A stretch of 63,412 bases of DNA, filler included, from Octopus bimaculoides (lineage: Eukaryota), in assembly GCF_001194135.2 (NCBI RefSeq). It is 4 parts of 4 records of this genome, joined end to end, with 100 filler letters (N's around TTAATTAATTAA, not from the genome) between each part and the next. Parts side by side here need not be neighbours in the genome. Positions count along the whole stretch, not along the records: positions 30,450 to 50,750 come from NC_068987.1; positions 50,851 to 60,182 come from NC_068990.1; 2 more parts are not named here. One strand, 5' to 3'. Each line of letters starts with the position of its first letter. The stretch's first letter is position 1. Shown piece after piece: positions 38,773-51,324 of this stretch. The notes under the pieces were generated by a model. That model was given only the letters and a program-made list of their open reading frames with translations, was not told the DNA's origin and searched no databases. Both the position numbers and the translations under genes were made by a program.

Positions 38773-41324
38773 AACATCAAGACCAACGCTTCGGTGACAT
38801 CGCTCGGCATTGGTACAGGGAATACACGAATGCTCATAGACAGTTCCAAAGCAACCAGACCTGAGAGATAGACAGCACTTGTCGAAAGAGAACTAAGCAG
38901 GACAAAATTCACATTGCAGCACTGAGCGAGTGAGCAAGACCAGGCTTGAAGACACAGGTCAGTAACTGAGGTCAAAAACTGTTACACCTTTGGAGTGACT
39001 GCAGAGGTGACGATAGCGACGGAAGTCGTGAAACAGGAGTGGGTTTTACCATAACATTCAGATTGATCAGCATGCTAACCAGCTTTCCCATAGGAATCAA
39101 TGACCGACTACAGTTCATCCTGAGAGGAAAGCGCCATGCCACCATCTTCAGCTCTTAGGTCCCCGACATCACTAACCCTGAGGAGGTCAATGAGAAGATA
39201 TATGAAGACTTTGACGCCCTCATAAAAGAGGACCTAAGGAGGACACGGTCGTCGTTTTCGGATGCTTCAGCATCAGAGTTAGTACAGTCATTGAGAGTAA
39301 CGGAGTTGACAAGAGCAGCGACAAAGATTCTCTACTACTAATTAACTGCTAATTATCTGCTAATTAACCAAAATAGCGTTTCGCCAGCCAACCGCAAAAA
39401 GATATCTGCCAGCATCCAGGCATCAAAAATTGGCATCTAAACTGGTATAATCAGAAGACGAGACAGGCAGGATATTGGTGTGACAAAGGCCATATGTGGC
39501 GCAGAATACTGGACAAATCAGAGACCCATTTTCACAAAGTTCGATATGCACACCCATCCCATGCGGTGACGACAAGGGAAGCTGGCAAATAAGCGACTAA
39601 ACACCAGCAAATTGAAACGGAATATTGTGAAATAGAATCTCAGTGAAATCTTGGGAAGTAAGTTGTGCCAACTCGACATTGGTATAAAGGGAGTAGATGA
39701 GAACCGGGTAGTCTTTAGAAACATGGTATTGACCACCGCACTCGACCATCTAGGACTGAACAAACGTAGACCCCAAGACTGGTTCGATAGCAACGATGTC
39801 GAAATTTAGATACTGCTCGATGAGAAGTATGAAGCCTAAGAAGTTTTGCAAAAAGGTCACATGGGCTTCCAAGAAAGCAGCCTACAACATCATCAAAGAT
39901 ACAGTGCAGATAAAGCTTAGAGAGACGATGGATTCCTGACACGGAAACAAGGCAGCTGAGATACGGAAGTATGCTTAAAGTAACAGATCCAAGCGCTTCT
40001 GTGATGCTCCAAAATTCATCTATCAATCACAGACCTCTGGAACATCAACATTGCTCAGTGCTGACGGGACCCCACTGAGAAAAATGCGATGCTACAAAGC
40101 TGGGGAGAGCACTTCAACAACGTCCTAAGGATTCTTTCTTCTATCAATATTGAGGCCATTGTTCGCATGTCTCAAATTTACATCAACACACCTGTGGCAG
40201 AGCCCCCAACTAACAGACGTAGACGTCCAGAATGCAACTGAAAGTCTTTCAAACGGCAAAGCCATAGGCTTTGCATCAATCCTAGCTGATATATACAAGG
40301 CAGGGGGACCAATCTTGGTATAGAAATTTGCCAGTCTCTTCCAGACCACGCGGCAGACGGAAATATTCCGACAAGAGCTTAAGACTGCTTCTATGGTTAC
40401 TCTTCATGAGAAAAGACTCGCAAGATTCCTCCTTAAACGACTTACTAAGCACATGGAAGAGGGGCATCTACCAAAAAGTCAGTATGGTTTCATGGGTGCT
40501 ATGGGATAGACGACATGATCTTTGCAACACGCCAACAACAGGTGAAGGCTCAGGAACAAAACAGCGATCTATATACTACGGCTGTAGCCTGAACCAACCT
40601 CTTTGACACCATCAGTTGTGAGATGCTTTGAGAGATCATGGCTAAGTTCGACTGCCTGGACAAATTCATCAGCATTGTACGTCATTTTCACGACTGTATG
40701 CTGCATTCGGGCCCCTGCTTCAATCAGTGTAAGAGAAGAGGGGTGATAGGGCAGCCACGAAATTGAAGATTTACCAAGCTGTTGTACTTGCGCTACTGTA
40801 CGCCTACGAAACATGTACGGCTTACGAACACTACATCATAAGGTTAAACTACTTCAACGTACAGCCTAAGAAAGTTGTTTAAAACTATCTGCAAGACAAT
40901 GCCTCTGACACGAGGTCCTCTGCCAAGCTGATTTGTCAAGCATTAACACGGTGCCGAGGAGAGAGCCAGTCATGTTAGTAGGTTACTTTGTTCGAATACC
41001 TGAAACGCCTCCCCAACAGACTGTTTTACAGCGAACTGGCGGAAGGCAATACCGCATAAATGGGACAAAAAAGCCTCTACCTGGCGCAGCTTCATCAGCA
41101 GAGGTCCATCTCCTACGAACAAAACAGGGCTGCAGGGTCTCGAAGGTAATGCGAACTGCGCAAATTGAGAACCACCTATTCCTTTCAGTCGTAACAACTT
41201 GTGCCTGACCTGCGATGGAGAATCCCAGCAACCATGACAAATATCGGCGATAGCCGGACACACTGTGACCCGTCTTCTTTACCTACGTGATGCCCCTGGA
41301 CATCGTCGACAACGACGGACGTTC
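38773..41324 (+). mobile_element. RTE-clade LINE (APE plus RT), decayed, with its 3' end present
   Basis: APE motifs RPER..TALVEREL.., GVGF..FPIGINDR.., NPEEVNEK; RT motifs IYKAGG.., HLPKSQYGF, DMIFATRQ..QEQN, FDTI; 3' end catcgtcgacaacgacggac. Confidence 0.8.
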
Positions 41325-42142
41325 TAATACTGATAGTGTGTGTGCTGTGCGTGGGTGTGTATGTGTGTCTTTGTGAGTGTCTGTACGTGTGTGTGTGTGT
41401 GTGTGTGCGCATGCGCGCGTCTGTGTGTGTGTGTGTGCATCTGTGTGTGTGTGTGTGTGTTAGATACTCACATAGAGACAGACGAATATTAAGATTCAGG
41501 AGAAATTCACTAAGAATTAACGATGTAGATGTGCCGTTTATTTAACATGGAACCGTGGGTAAATTTCCTTGAAGAGGAGATAACTCTATCTCTCCTAGAA
41601 ATGTTTTTTTGCTTCGAGAATATTTCGCTTTAGATTTTTGGGAGTTTTCCTTTTCCACCAAGCTGGCCTAGGTAGTAATTTGTACACAGTTAATGTGCGT
41701 GCGGCCGGTAAGACAAATTTGTCGACTATTGTGAATCCAGAGTTCACTTTCTTTTCGGCGATAATTGCCGACTACATATAATATCACTAGTCAAAAATTT
41801 CTTTAGCATGTACTTTTGGGCGGACTAATTGAAAAATGGTCGATTGTTCACGCTCTCTGGGCGCAGAGTGTATAGCAAAATGATTCTCCATTATGTGTGT
41901 TTAATAGCTGTCCTATCAGATGTGCGCATATACATAGTCACAAAAGATACTCTCTTTACGGACGTGGAATTATACTTAGTTACTCAATATACCCATACCA
42001 TCAAACGAACTGTATACGAGGATTACATGAGGATGCTACTCGAGGTCATCGATCCAATAAGGTGCATGAAATGTAAGGCATACTTCTATGACCAAGCTGC
42101 ACCACCCTTGAAGGGCAAAACGTACAACATTAGATCCAGAAG

Positions 42143-43290
42143 GTGGCACCCATCCCGATTCAAGACTTAGATGCCTTCGAAGCGGACCTACTTGATTGCA
42201 ACTCCAAACTGAAATTTTGTAAGTCCTCCGATAATTTCAAGTGCAAGCCATCTTCCGATATACGCCTCATTAAAAAATCAGATTGGACTTTACTGTTTTC
42301 TGATAAAGCAAAAACAAAAAAAAAAGAGAAAAAACATATATACAGAAGATGCCATCATGTTTGATAGGCTCTTAGCAATCAGCATCACATGAAATTATAG
42401 ACAAGCTTCACAGCCTAATCGCAAACCAAATTAAAAGCAATCGAATGTTAAAACAGCCTATTGAGCCTATTGCATTTAGATACCTGGTGAAGTGTCATAA
42501 AAAGGATATTAAATGTCCTCGAATAAAGACATTTTTGACACCAAATGCCCCCTATTACAACGACGCTTTTCTAGCCACCATCTTTAAGGACCACAACTCT
42601 TACATACCCGGACCTAAAACACACAAAGCAAAGTACCACCGTAAGTTTCTTTGGTTTGCCTTAACCTCTCCCACTGAACGTGAAAAGTTGCATAAAATGG
42701 ATCTTCCTTAAATTAGCAGATAAACATTTCACGCAATTCCATATATACGGACGATGATTTAAGGGTCTTATTCGGCTGTGCACCCACACCCAATGTAAAA
42801 GAGATTTAAGTAGATGTCCCAAATACCACACAGAGGCAAGATGCTCATTTAGGTTTAAGAGTGACTGCCCAGTAGGAGGTGGATGCGACTCTCAGTCTGT
42901 GATCTCTGAGCGGTGTCCTGAAGTGGCAGCAGCAACTGCAGCAGTGACAGCAGCTGCAAGAGCAGAAGCTCCGACAACCCAAGATCACATACGCAGAAAT
43001 ATGTTGGAACAACGGAGAGCCCCTTTGCACGCGACTAAATAACCACAAGACCTTATATAGGATTCCAATGAGGTGCAACTTTAAGGCGTTTAATAGAATT
43101 TGGAACACCGTACAAAATTAAATAGAAGCTCCTGGAACCTGAGCCTTGGTTCAATGGAAGCATTCTATGCAAATTTTGAACGGCCGAGAGAGCAAGGATA
43201 TTATAACTTTTGCTTGATCTGGTGCCTTCATAAATTCAAGAAGTGACCATTCGAGTCGGTGCTTCCATGGTGAAAATTCACATTAGAATG
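42143..43290 (+). mobile_element. Penelope-like element (Naiad-like RT fragments plus GIY-YIG endonuclease), decayed
   Basis: FEADLLD..LKF..F..K.SSDI..IKKS...L.FSDK; IFKDHN; CSFRFKSDCPVGGGC..SVI; KYVGTTE..RLNNHK; IK*KLL..CKF*TAER; INSRSD..SRCFH. Confidence 0.7.
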
Positions 43291-43514
43291 GAACCGTTCA
43301 AGGGTAGGTAACTCCGTCTTTCCCACAAGGTGTTATAAAATTTGTTATATCCCAGGATCAGTTCCTTCCAACTAGGAATTACCAGAGTAATGTCCTGGAA
43401 TATGAACGCAATTCATCATACTGGAGTAGGTTTATCTCATCAGTCTGGAGTAGCATGGCTTGCTAGTTGGAGGTGCCTATCTAGCTCCTGTAAACATATA
43501 ATTATTCTATGCAA

Positions 43515-43559
43515 CTCCAAACTGAAGACGAGCAATGACTCACCAACTAATCTCTGGAT
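43515..43559 (+). ncRNA. Degenerate minimal hammerhead ribozyme motif, copy 1
   Basis: CTCCAAA-CTGAAGA-CGAG caatga CTCA-ccaa-C-ta-ATC-TCTGGAT. GAAA is mutated. Confidence 0.5.
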
Positions 43560-43858
43560 GCAGGCTTAGCTCGGTCGAGGTGTTTATCTCCCCCTTTTAA
43601 ACATAAGGACACAGGCAATGCGTCAAGGCTGACAGGAAGCAGTGCTGCTTCCTAGGGCGAATTAACAGTAGTATTATTCCCTTCGTGGGACTGTCACATT
43701 AAGTTGATAGCATACAACTACTTTATCGTATAACTACTGCATAAATCTCTATGAGAGATTTACAAATGTATTATTTCTATTTTTGAAATCAGTGAATGTA
43801 TTTCACTAGAATAATTTACAAGAGCTAGATAGGTATCTCCAACTAGCAAGCCATGCTA

Positions 43859-43903
43859 CTCCAGACTGAAGACAAGCAATGACTCAGAAACTAATCTTTG
43901 GAG
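43859..43903 (+). ncRNA. Degenerate minimal hammerhead ribozyme motif, copy 2
   Basis: CTCCAGA-CTGAAGA-caag caatga ctca-GAAA-C-ta-ATC-TTTGGAG. The 7-bp stem I pairs fully (one G-U); stem II is damaged. Confidence 0.6.
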
Positions 43904-45770
43904 GCAGGCTTAGCTGGGTGGTGCTTATCTCCTCCTTGTAAACATAAGGACACAGGCAATGTGTCAAGACTGACAAGAAGCGGTGCTGCTTCCTAGGGCT
44001 AAATAGCAGCAGTATTATTCCCTTCATGGTACTGCCACATAATGTGAAAAAATCTACTGAAAAGAATCACCTTCTGATTGATGTTGCAACCACAAAAACG
44101 TATCTATGAAAAATTTGAAAAATTGCAGAAGTATAAAGACGTGGGATTGAAATCAGAAATCAAAGAATAAATCATCTCAGAAGAGCAGTACCTATTATTA
44201 CTGTGTCACTTGGAATGTTATCAAGAAGACCAAGCAAGTTTGTAGCCCAATTCCCTGATATCCCCGAAATAAGTGATTTACAAATATTTATATTTCTGGG
44301 TATCTCACATACTCTACATAAAGTCTTCTACAAGTACATGCAAGCTCAAATACTCTCAGTATATTTTTTTCTGTAACTTCTGTTTTTCAAGTTTCAAGGC
44401 ACATTACCTGTTAGAATTTCAGATGCAAAATCTTACTGTCCCTTCGCGCCACTATTTGTGACTTGGATGCAACAGGTATTATTAAAACATAATCAAAACA
44501 CCGTAATAAATTGTCCATATCAAAGTTAGGTCAAGTCGACATTTTATCAAATAATTAGTATATTTCTATAATAAGATCCATTGTTAAGCCAGAGTCGATT
44601 TATTTAATTATAACCCAGCAAAGATTCATGAGATTTATGCTGCTACCCCATTCTTGTAATATCACTTATATATCTATATTTTGCCAAGTTTACAAAAATG
44701 AATAGTTTTTTTTCTTTTTTACTTAATAATTTTCAAGCAGCAAACCTTCTGTCAAAAATATGTCGCGTTAATATAGCAAACCGCCTGTATTTCGCCATAT
44801 TTTATTTCTAATTCTTCTGTTTTCTCTTATTTCAATTCAGCTTCTCGCGGTTCTCGAAGGCTGAAACGGAATAACACAAAATTTTGTACAAACAAACAAA
44901 AGGAAAAATCTGAATAAAAAACTGTCATATAACTAATGAATAAAAAGAAAATTAATGTAATTTTAGCAAAAGAAACAATACAGAAATAGGAAACAAAAAC
45001 GAACATTTTTCTAGCGCTACTAGTATTTATGAAACATTAGATATTACACTGCCCCGGGGATAAAGGCAATGTGAAATCGATAAAAACAAAAGTACGTGTC
45101 CTCTTGCTCGTTGAATTAATCCAAGAATGGACACTTATTCTCAAGTTATGAAGTGCAAGTCGTTTTCCTTCCAAACATTTTGGGCACTACCGTTTATTAA
45201 TTTTTTTTTTTTTCAATTCTGAGGAAACATACATTTAGATATTTCTGAGTCAATATACTCGATCGATTGTTCCTTAATGTTACCTCTAGCATCAGTGAAA
45301 CGCTAGAAAGCAATATTATTCATAATCATATCAGCTCATCATCATTAACGCTATCATTACTATAAAAATCAAGCACATAATATTTATCAGCATTTTTTTA
45401 CATTACTCTGAATATCATAAACGTAAAAACCAGCTAAACGATCGCCCTCATTTTCATACTCAAGGTCATAGCCAAAACGTCTTCATCATCAACATATAAT
45501 TATTATTATCATTATTATTAATATTATTATTATTATTATTAATATTATTATTATTATTATTATTAAGCGAAAAGAAAGTATTGTCATCATTTGTTTTTCT
45601 ATCTCTCTGTGTGTTTACAAAATTTCCGAAAAACGGCCGAACGCATTTTCACCAAATTTGGCAGAAATACTCATTGGGTAGGTAGCTTGAAATTACAAAA
45701 AAATGCTTTGATTGTCTTGACAGCTGCATAAATATATGCATAGATATGCGACTCTGTGCGTATGTGTGTA

Positions 45771-45810
<40 letters not shown>

Positions 45811-46374
45811 TGTGTGTGTGTGTGTGTGTGCGTGCGTGTATGTGTACAGTAATGGACTCGTGGGTTTCGTTTATTTACGAGATTACTTCTTAATTTCACC
45901 TGGGAATAATTACCTATAATAGTGAAACACTTCTCAAATTTTATGCAATATATTATATAAGTATTTTATTTTGTTCACTTTCTTTTTCACATGAATTGAA
46001 CCTCGTCTGCGTGAGTATAGACCATGGTGTACTAATACGCGTAGGCACGTGTGAGTACATACATATATACCTACATAAATATATACATGTTTTGCGATTG
46101 TCTATGTGTGTGTTTGAGCGTGTCTCTGCGTGTGTGCGCGTGTGTGTGCATGCATTAATGGATTCGAGTATTTCGTTTATCTCCTCATTTCGTATATTTA
46201 CGAGTTTATTTCTTAATTTCACCTATAATGGTGATACTTAAAACAGAAAATTAATTCACTTCAATTAAAAAGCATGGGCAAGCAATATATTGTAAGATAC
46301 ATCATAATTTGCGAAAAAAGTTATCTGTGTGCAGCGTATGAATCGCCCCTCCGATACTTTTTGCTTTCATTAGT

Positions 46375-47372
46375 CTATTATATGTTTAACTTTTGCTTTG
46401 TACTTGTACAAGTTGACTCCAAGTTTCCCCCAGAGACCTGAAGAGACAAGTTAGAAGTTAGTCTGGTGTTAGTCCTAAGGTGTCTTATATTTAGTTTTGC
46501 ACATAATATTGTTCTAGAGAATGTTAATGAGAACAGAAGAAAATTATACGTTTGTTTGGAAATTTGAGATTACATAGACAATATTATACGTAGGATGTGC
46601 GTGGTTTACTGGAGCACTATCTTTTGAATTTCTGCCATTTTGGTGTTTCCTGGTATCTGAGCTAGGTAGGAATCAGCGCATGTTACTTTCATTCCTGGGG
46701 CAACTATAACAACAGGTAATGTTTTAGTCTTGAGGTTTCTTATTTTGCCAATTTCTATTTCAAGATCTTTATACTTGCTCAGTTTCTGGTAGGTCTTGAA
46801 AGATAAATTTATGTCGATTGAGACAGTCATATCAATGAGGAGGCATGAGGTTTGCCAGGGCCACCCTCTTTTCTTGTCAGGTGAAGTCGTTCTATATCTG
46901 CCTTAGGGTGGTACATTCTATGCATTGTCAACAATTTTCGTAGTTTTCTGTCAAGATGACATTTTTCAGTAATTGACCAGTTAATGATATTGAAACTGAA
47001 AGTCACAACCGATCCTGTTTCTTGCATTCAGCTGTCTTGAGTATAGCCCTTACCCTGTGATAACATATTTTATCCTCTTCTGATCTTTTCCCTCATCATT
47101 GAATGTTTGATTCCATCACCTTCAAATACCCCCATTTATCTCTAGCTCCCGACTGGTTCTAACTCCTTTATGGCATTCTGCTCGTCAAGAATAACATTGG
47201 ATGTTTCTGTCATTTTTCTTCTGATAAAAGTAGCTTTTGCACATTTATCGAGGCCAAATTGCATCCTGATGTCCTCCCTGAATTGTTTAACAATTGCTAG
47301 TAAGCCCTGTAGTTGTTGGTCATTTATGTTTTGCAAAGAGCTTTATATCGTCCGTGTAAAAGAGGTGATTTG
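46375..47372 (-). mobile_element. R4/Dong-like non-LTR fragment (RT core to RLE and 3' UTR, internally deleted)
   Basis: NHLFYTDDIKLF, QFREDIRMQFGLDKCAK, LDRKLRKLLTMHRMYHPKADIERL, and IDMTVSID..KLSKYKDLEIEI..IQKIVL. Confidence 0.8.
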
Positions 47373-48640
47373 TTATTATTCTATCGCCTTTGCATAGCTT
47401 CTAACGCTGGTGATGTACTACGGTGCCAGCTATTCACGACCAGTGAACTAAGGTAACAACCCTTATTTTTCGAGCACCATCCTGAGTATACGAGCGGTCC
47501 CAAGCAGTGCTGTTTCTGCAAGTGCTCTACACTTATTGCAGCCCCTATTAGTTCCATGTCCTTCTCGAGATTCTTACTCGCTGTCCCTATGGCTCTGACA
47601 ATTATTGGCACTACTACCACCTTTCTCAATGCTTAAACTCTTGAGCTAACCTGTTATATCTATCAAATTTCTTTGTTACTTAGCGCATACCTTGTTTCCA
47701 GCTGGGCATGCTTTATCTATGATCCAGCATCGTTTGCATTCTTTCTCAATTAACAATGTGTCTGGTTTCTTATTCTCTATCTCGTGGTTGTTGTGAAACT
47801 TAAAACCCCATAGCATCATTGCGTTATTAATTTCGATAAGTACTTTGGGTTTATGTTTGTACGACTCTTTTGTTCTCTCAAGACTATACTTGTGACAAAG
47901 TGTCCAACAGATAATCCTTGTAATTGTGTCATGACGACTCTTACATTCTTTCTGGGCTAGTGACGTACATTGACTGGTAGTATGCCATCCGGTTTCACCA
48001 TTTTGACGACAAATTCTGCACTTATTAATGCGTTGTCTATTCTCTATTTGATATAATTGGTTCTTAATTAATGCTCGTGGGCAGCACAGATCAGAGCCTC
48101 TGTTTCCGGTTTAGTCATCCATAGCCATCTTTTTTCTTTGTCTGCCTTATCTTTAACATCGCTATGGAAATGTCCATGAATTATTCTCTCTATCCACCTC
48201 TTTTCAGTTTCATTTATTCTCAATTTCTTGTACAGGGCATTATCATCGCAATCTTCCATCCTACGCAAGTCTGACCTCCTTAATTCCAATAATATCGGTT
48301 CTATGGCATATTTTTACATATCATGCTATGTTTTCTTTCCGCTCTAACGCTGTGTTCGCATCCAATCAGTCCTCTTCCGCCTCTTTTTCTTGATCCATAC
48401 ACCTTGTCGGTGTCACGTTTTGGGTGGAGTATCCCATATCTAGTCAGCAAGTTCCTTGTCATTCTGTCCAAGCTGTTTAGTTCGACTACTGTCCATATGA
48501 TTAATGCTGATCCATATCTAAGGAGTGAAACTGCCCACGTGTTGATAGTTTCATTCTTATCCCGTCCTTAATTTTTTCCGTCATTTCTACTATCTGCTTC
48601 GTACCCTCCCCCGACGGTATCGCTAGTCCGTCCATACCCT
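47373..48640 (-). mobile_element. Second R4/Dong-like subfamily fragment (RT thumb, zinc knuckle, RLE, short TAA tail)
   Basis: INTWAVSLLRY..LDRMTRNLL..LHPKRDTDKVY..RKRGGRGLIGCE; WLWMTKPETEALICAA; VVPII..GT.SKNLEK..SVEHLQK. Same family as the 32870 copy. Confidence 0.8.
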
Positions 48641-48819
48641 TGCATGAATTTCTTCGCTGCGTAACAGATATATGCTTCACAGATACACAACATGTGTCAC
48701 AATTTAAACTTATACATCTCTACCATAACACAAACTTATAACATCATGCATGAATGCACTTTTGTGAATGCACCTTTGGATCGAGAAACTGAAACTCCTC
48801 TTACACTTCCACCCTGCTC

Positions 48820-48951
48820 CTCTCTCTCTCCCTCCCTTCCTCTCACTCTATCTTTCCCTATCCCCTTCTCTCTCTCCCTCTCTCTCATCCAATCTCTCCC
48901 TCTTTCTCACCTCTCTCTCCCTCTCTCTCTTTATCTCTCTCTATCTCACTC

Positions 48952-49010
<59 letters not shown>
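48820..49010. repeat. (CT)n-rich polypyrimidine microsatellite
   Basis: Seen directly. Confidence 0.9.
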
Positions 49011-49012
<2 letters not shown>

Positions 49013-49818
49013 TTCCCTTTCTCTTTATCATTCACCAATTCCCATTTACGATTCCTATCCCCCACTTTTCTTTATTATTCTTAATCCCTTTTTATCACCC
49101 TTAGTTCCTCTGTCTCCCCACATATTCACAAGATTACACAAAATATTTCATCTCTTGCAGTTCTACACTCTCACTTTCAACTTATTTTTACACTACAAAC
49201 AGACGTCGTAAATTCGGTGCCATTTCAAATTCCTTCTCTCTTAGTTCTCACATATATCTAACTTCTCTGTTATAAATGATATGCCTAGAAATAGTAAATC
49301 ATGTTCTATACATTTCAGTAGCATTTTTGTCATTTTGAACATTTATTTTCACTATACCAGTTATGTTAGGCATGTTTTGTCTTCACTTTATTTCGTAATC
49401 TCCCTCGAAATAGATGTATGTTATCTCTTGATATATTCCAGTTTATATACATCCATGCGCATATGCATACATGCAGGGACACACACACACACACACATAT
49501 GCACATATACATATAGACACGCATATATGTATATGCTCGCACATACACACACATATATAAATATACAAAGATTCATGCGACATACATATCCGCACTCACA
49601 TTCAATTATATGTAAGATATATATAATTATGTTCGTATGCGAAAATAACACTATCTCCATCTATCACTCTTTCCCTCTACGTTTTGTTTTGCTTCCCAAT
49701 CTTTTTCAATCTCATCACACACACGCGCACACACACATATACACACAAACACACACACACACATACACACAGACACACACATACACACAAACACACACAC
49801 ACACACGTACACACGTCC

Positions 49819-49850
<32 letters not shown>

Positions 49851-50618
49851 ATGTGTGTGTATGTGTGTGTATGTGTGTGTGTGTGTATATACATATTGTT
49901 GCTTTATATCTACATATAAAACACTTCATCTTGTTAGTTTTATGTATTTTGTCTTTGCATTGTACTTATGTATCAGTAATAGAACATTTTTATTCGCCAG
50001 ACTAATTGAGTGTATTTTTATGTATTTTGAGAGTGACATTTGATTACTTTCAAAAAGCATGGTAATTATTTCTGTTGCAACTAATATTATTATTTGTATT
50101 ATATATTGCAATAGCTTTAAATTTATCTTTATCTTCATTTTGTTCCTATTATCAATAATGATGTTTTCGTTTTTTTAATTTGTTTCTTAAGAAGACATTA
50201 TTATCCCAATGGAGAACTGTGATTAGAATAAAAACATGTCATCTAAAAATGGTAAGAATAAATTTGCACAATCTGTACAGAGGCAGATAACACACACCCA
50301 AGCACACAGACACACAAACACATGCACAGCAGAGAGAGAAAGAGAGAGCGAAGAGAACATGAGAGATTAAAAACGAATGATAAAATCGATTGTTGTGAAA
50401 AACAGTATGAAAAATAAATAGAACACCACACATTAAATAGCTTGAAGTAAAAATTATGTAGATACACGCACGCACATATATGACAAAGAATCAGACGAAT
50501 TAGACATCTAGGAATTGTTAGGCGTACGTCATTTAGTACATTAACTTTCTTTAATTGTGTTTAAAATATTGACACAAGCAAACAAACATGCCCATATGCA
50601 GACACATATAAAGCAGAT

Positions 50619-50649
<31 letters not shown>

Positions 50650-50678
50650 CAGACACACACACACACACACATAGATAG

Positions 50679-50709
<31 letters not shown>

Positions 50710-50713
50710 CGCG

Positions 50714-50750
<37 letters not shown>

Positions 50751-50850
50751 NNNNNNNNNNNNNNNNNNNNNNNNNNNNNNNNNNNNNNNNNNNNTTAATT
50801 AATTAANNNNNNNNNNNNNNNNNNNNNNNNNNNNNNNNNNNNNNNNNNNN

Positions 50851-50897
<47 letters not shown>

Positions 50898-51054
50898 AGT
50901 TTGGCTATATATCATATAGTGTATGTGTTAATTGACCAGATGATAAACAATTCATATACACAAATTTTAAACTAGTAGTGCAATGCCTGTGTCAAATTAT
51001 GGACTATCATGATTTTTATGTGATACTACTTTTTATTTTGTCTTCTCTTTGCAG

Positions 51055-51324
51055 AGTTACCATTTGACTGCATTACATTATCTTCGTCTATTGGAAGAGA
51101 CAGGTATTTCCATTTCCATCGGTCAGCTACGCTGGTACACAACATGTTTCAATCGACTATTTCTCCGTCTCGGTCAGTTCAAGCCTCTCTTCATGCATAT
51201 GTGGTTTTCATTTGGTGTTGCTTTTGGTTTGATTTCCATGGTGATATCTTTGTTTGTTCTCACTCTGATGGTTTTCAACACTTTAAGTCAACAGCCTGTC
51301 GACCAGCAAGTATTAACACCAGTG
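51055..51324 (+). CDS. MBTPS2: Site-2 protease (MBTPS2), internal coding exon (probably exon 2), phase 0/0
   Basis: ttgcag| acceptor and |gtatgt donor. SYHLTALHYLRLLEETGISISIGQLRWYTTCFNRLF..WFSFGVAFG..QVLTPV aligns with the S2P N-terminal region (GLSISPFHIRWQT..FNR..WFNFG..QVLQVV). Confidence 0.92.

Noticed and set aside
41829-42170. ORF with PIRCMKCKAY resembling a LINE ORF1 zinc knuckle
   Set aside because: The CCHC motif is incomplete and the similarity is too weak to assign.
43290-44150. SECIS candidates (ATGA..AA..GA) downstream of the PLE ORF
   Set aside because: Spacing or helix pairing failed by eye in each case. SECISearch is needed for a firm answer.
44800-44950. Strong acceptor at 44841 followed by short ORFs and AATAAA signals
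   Set aside because: Could be a terminal exon, but no upstream exons or homology support it.
50236-50257. ATGTCATCTAAAAATG|gtaaga as MBTPS2 first exon
   Set aside because: It ends in phase 1 while the next exon starts in phase 0, and there is no homology.
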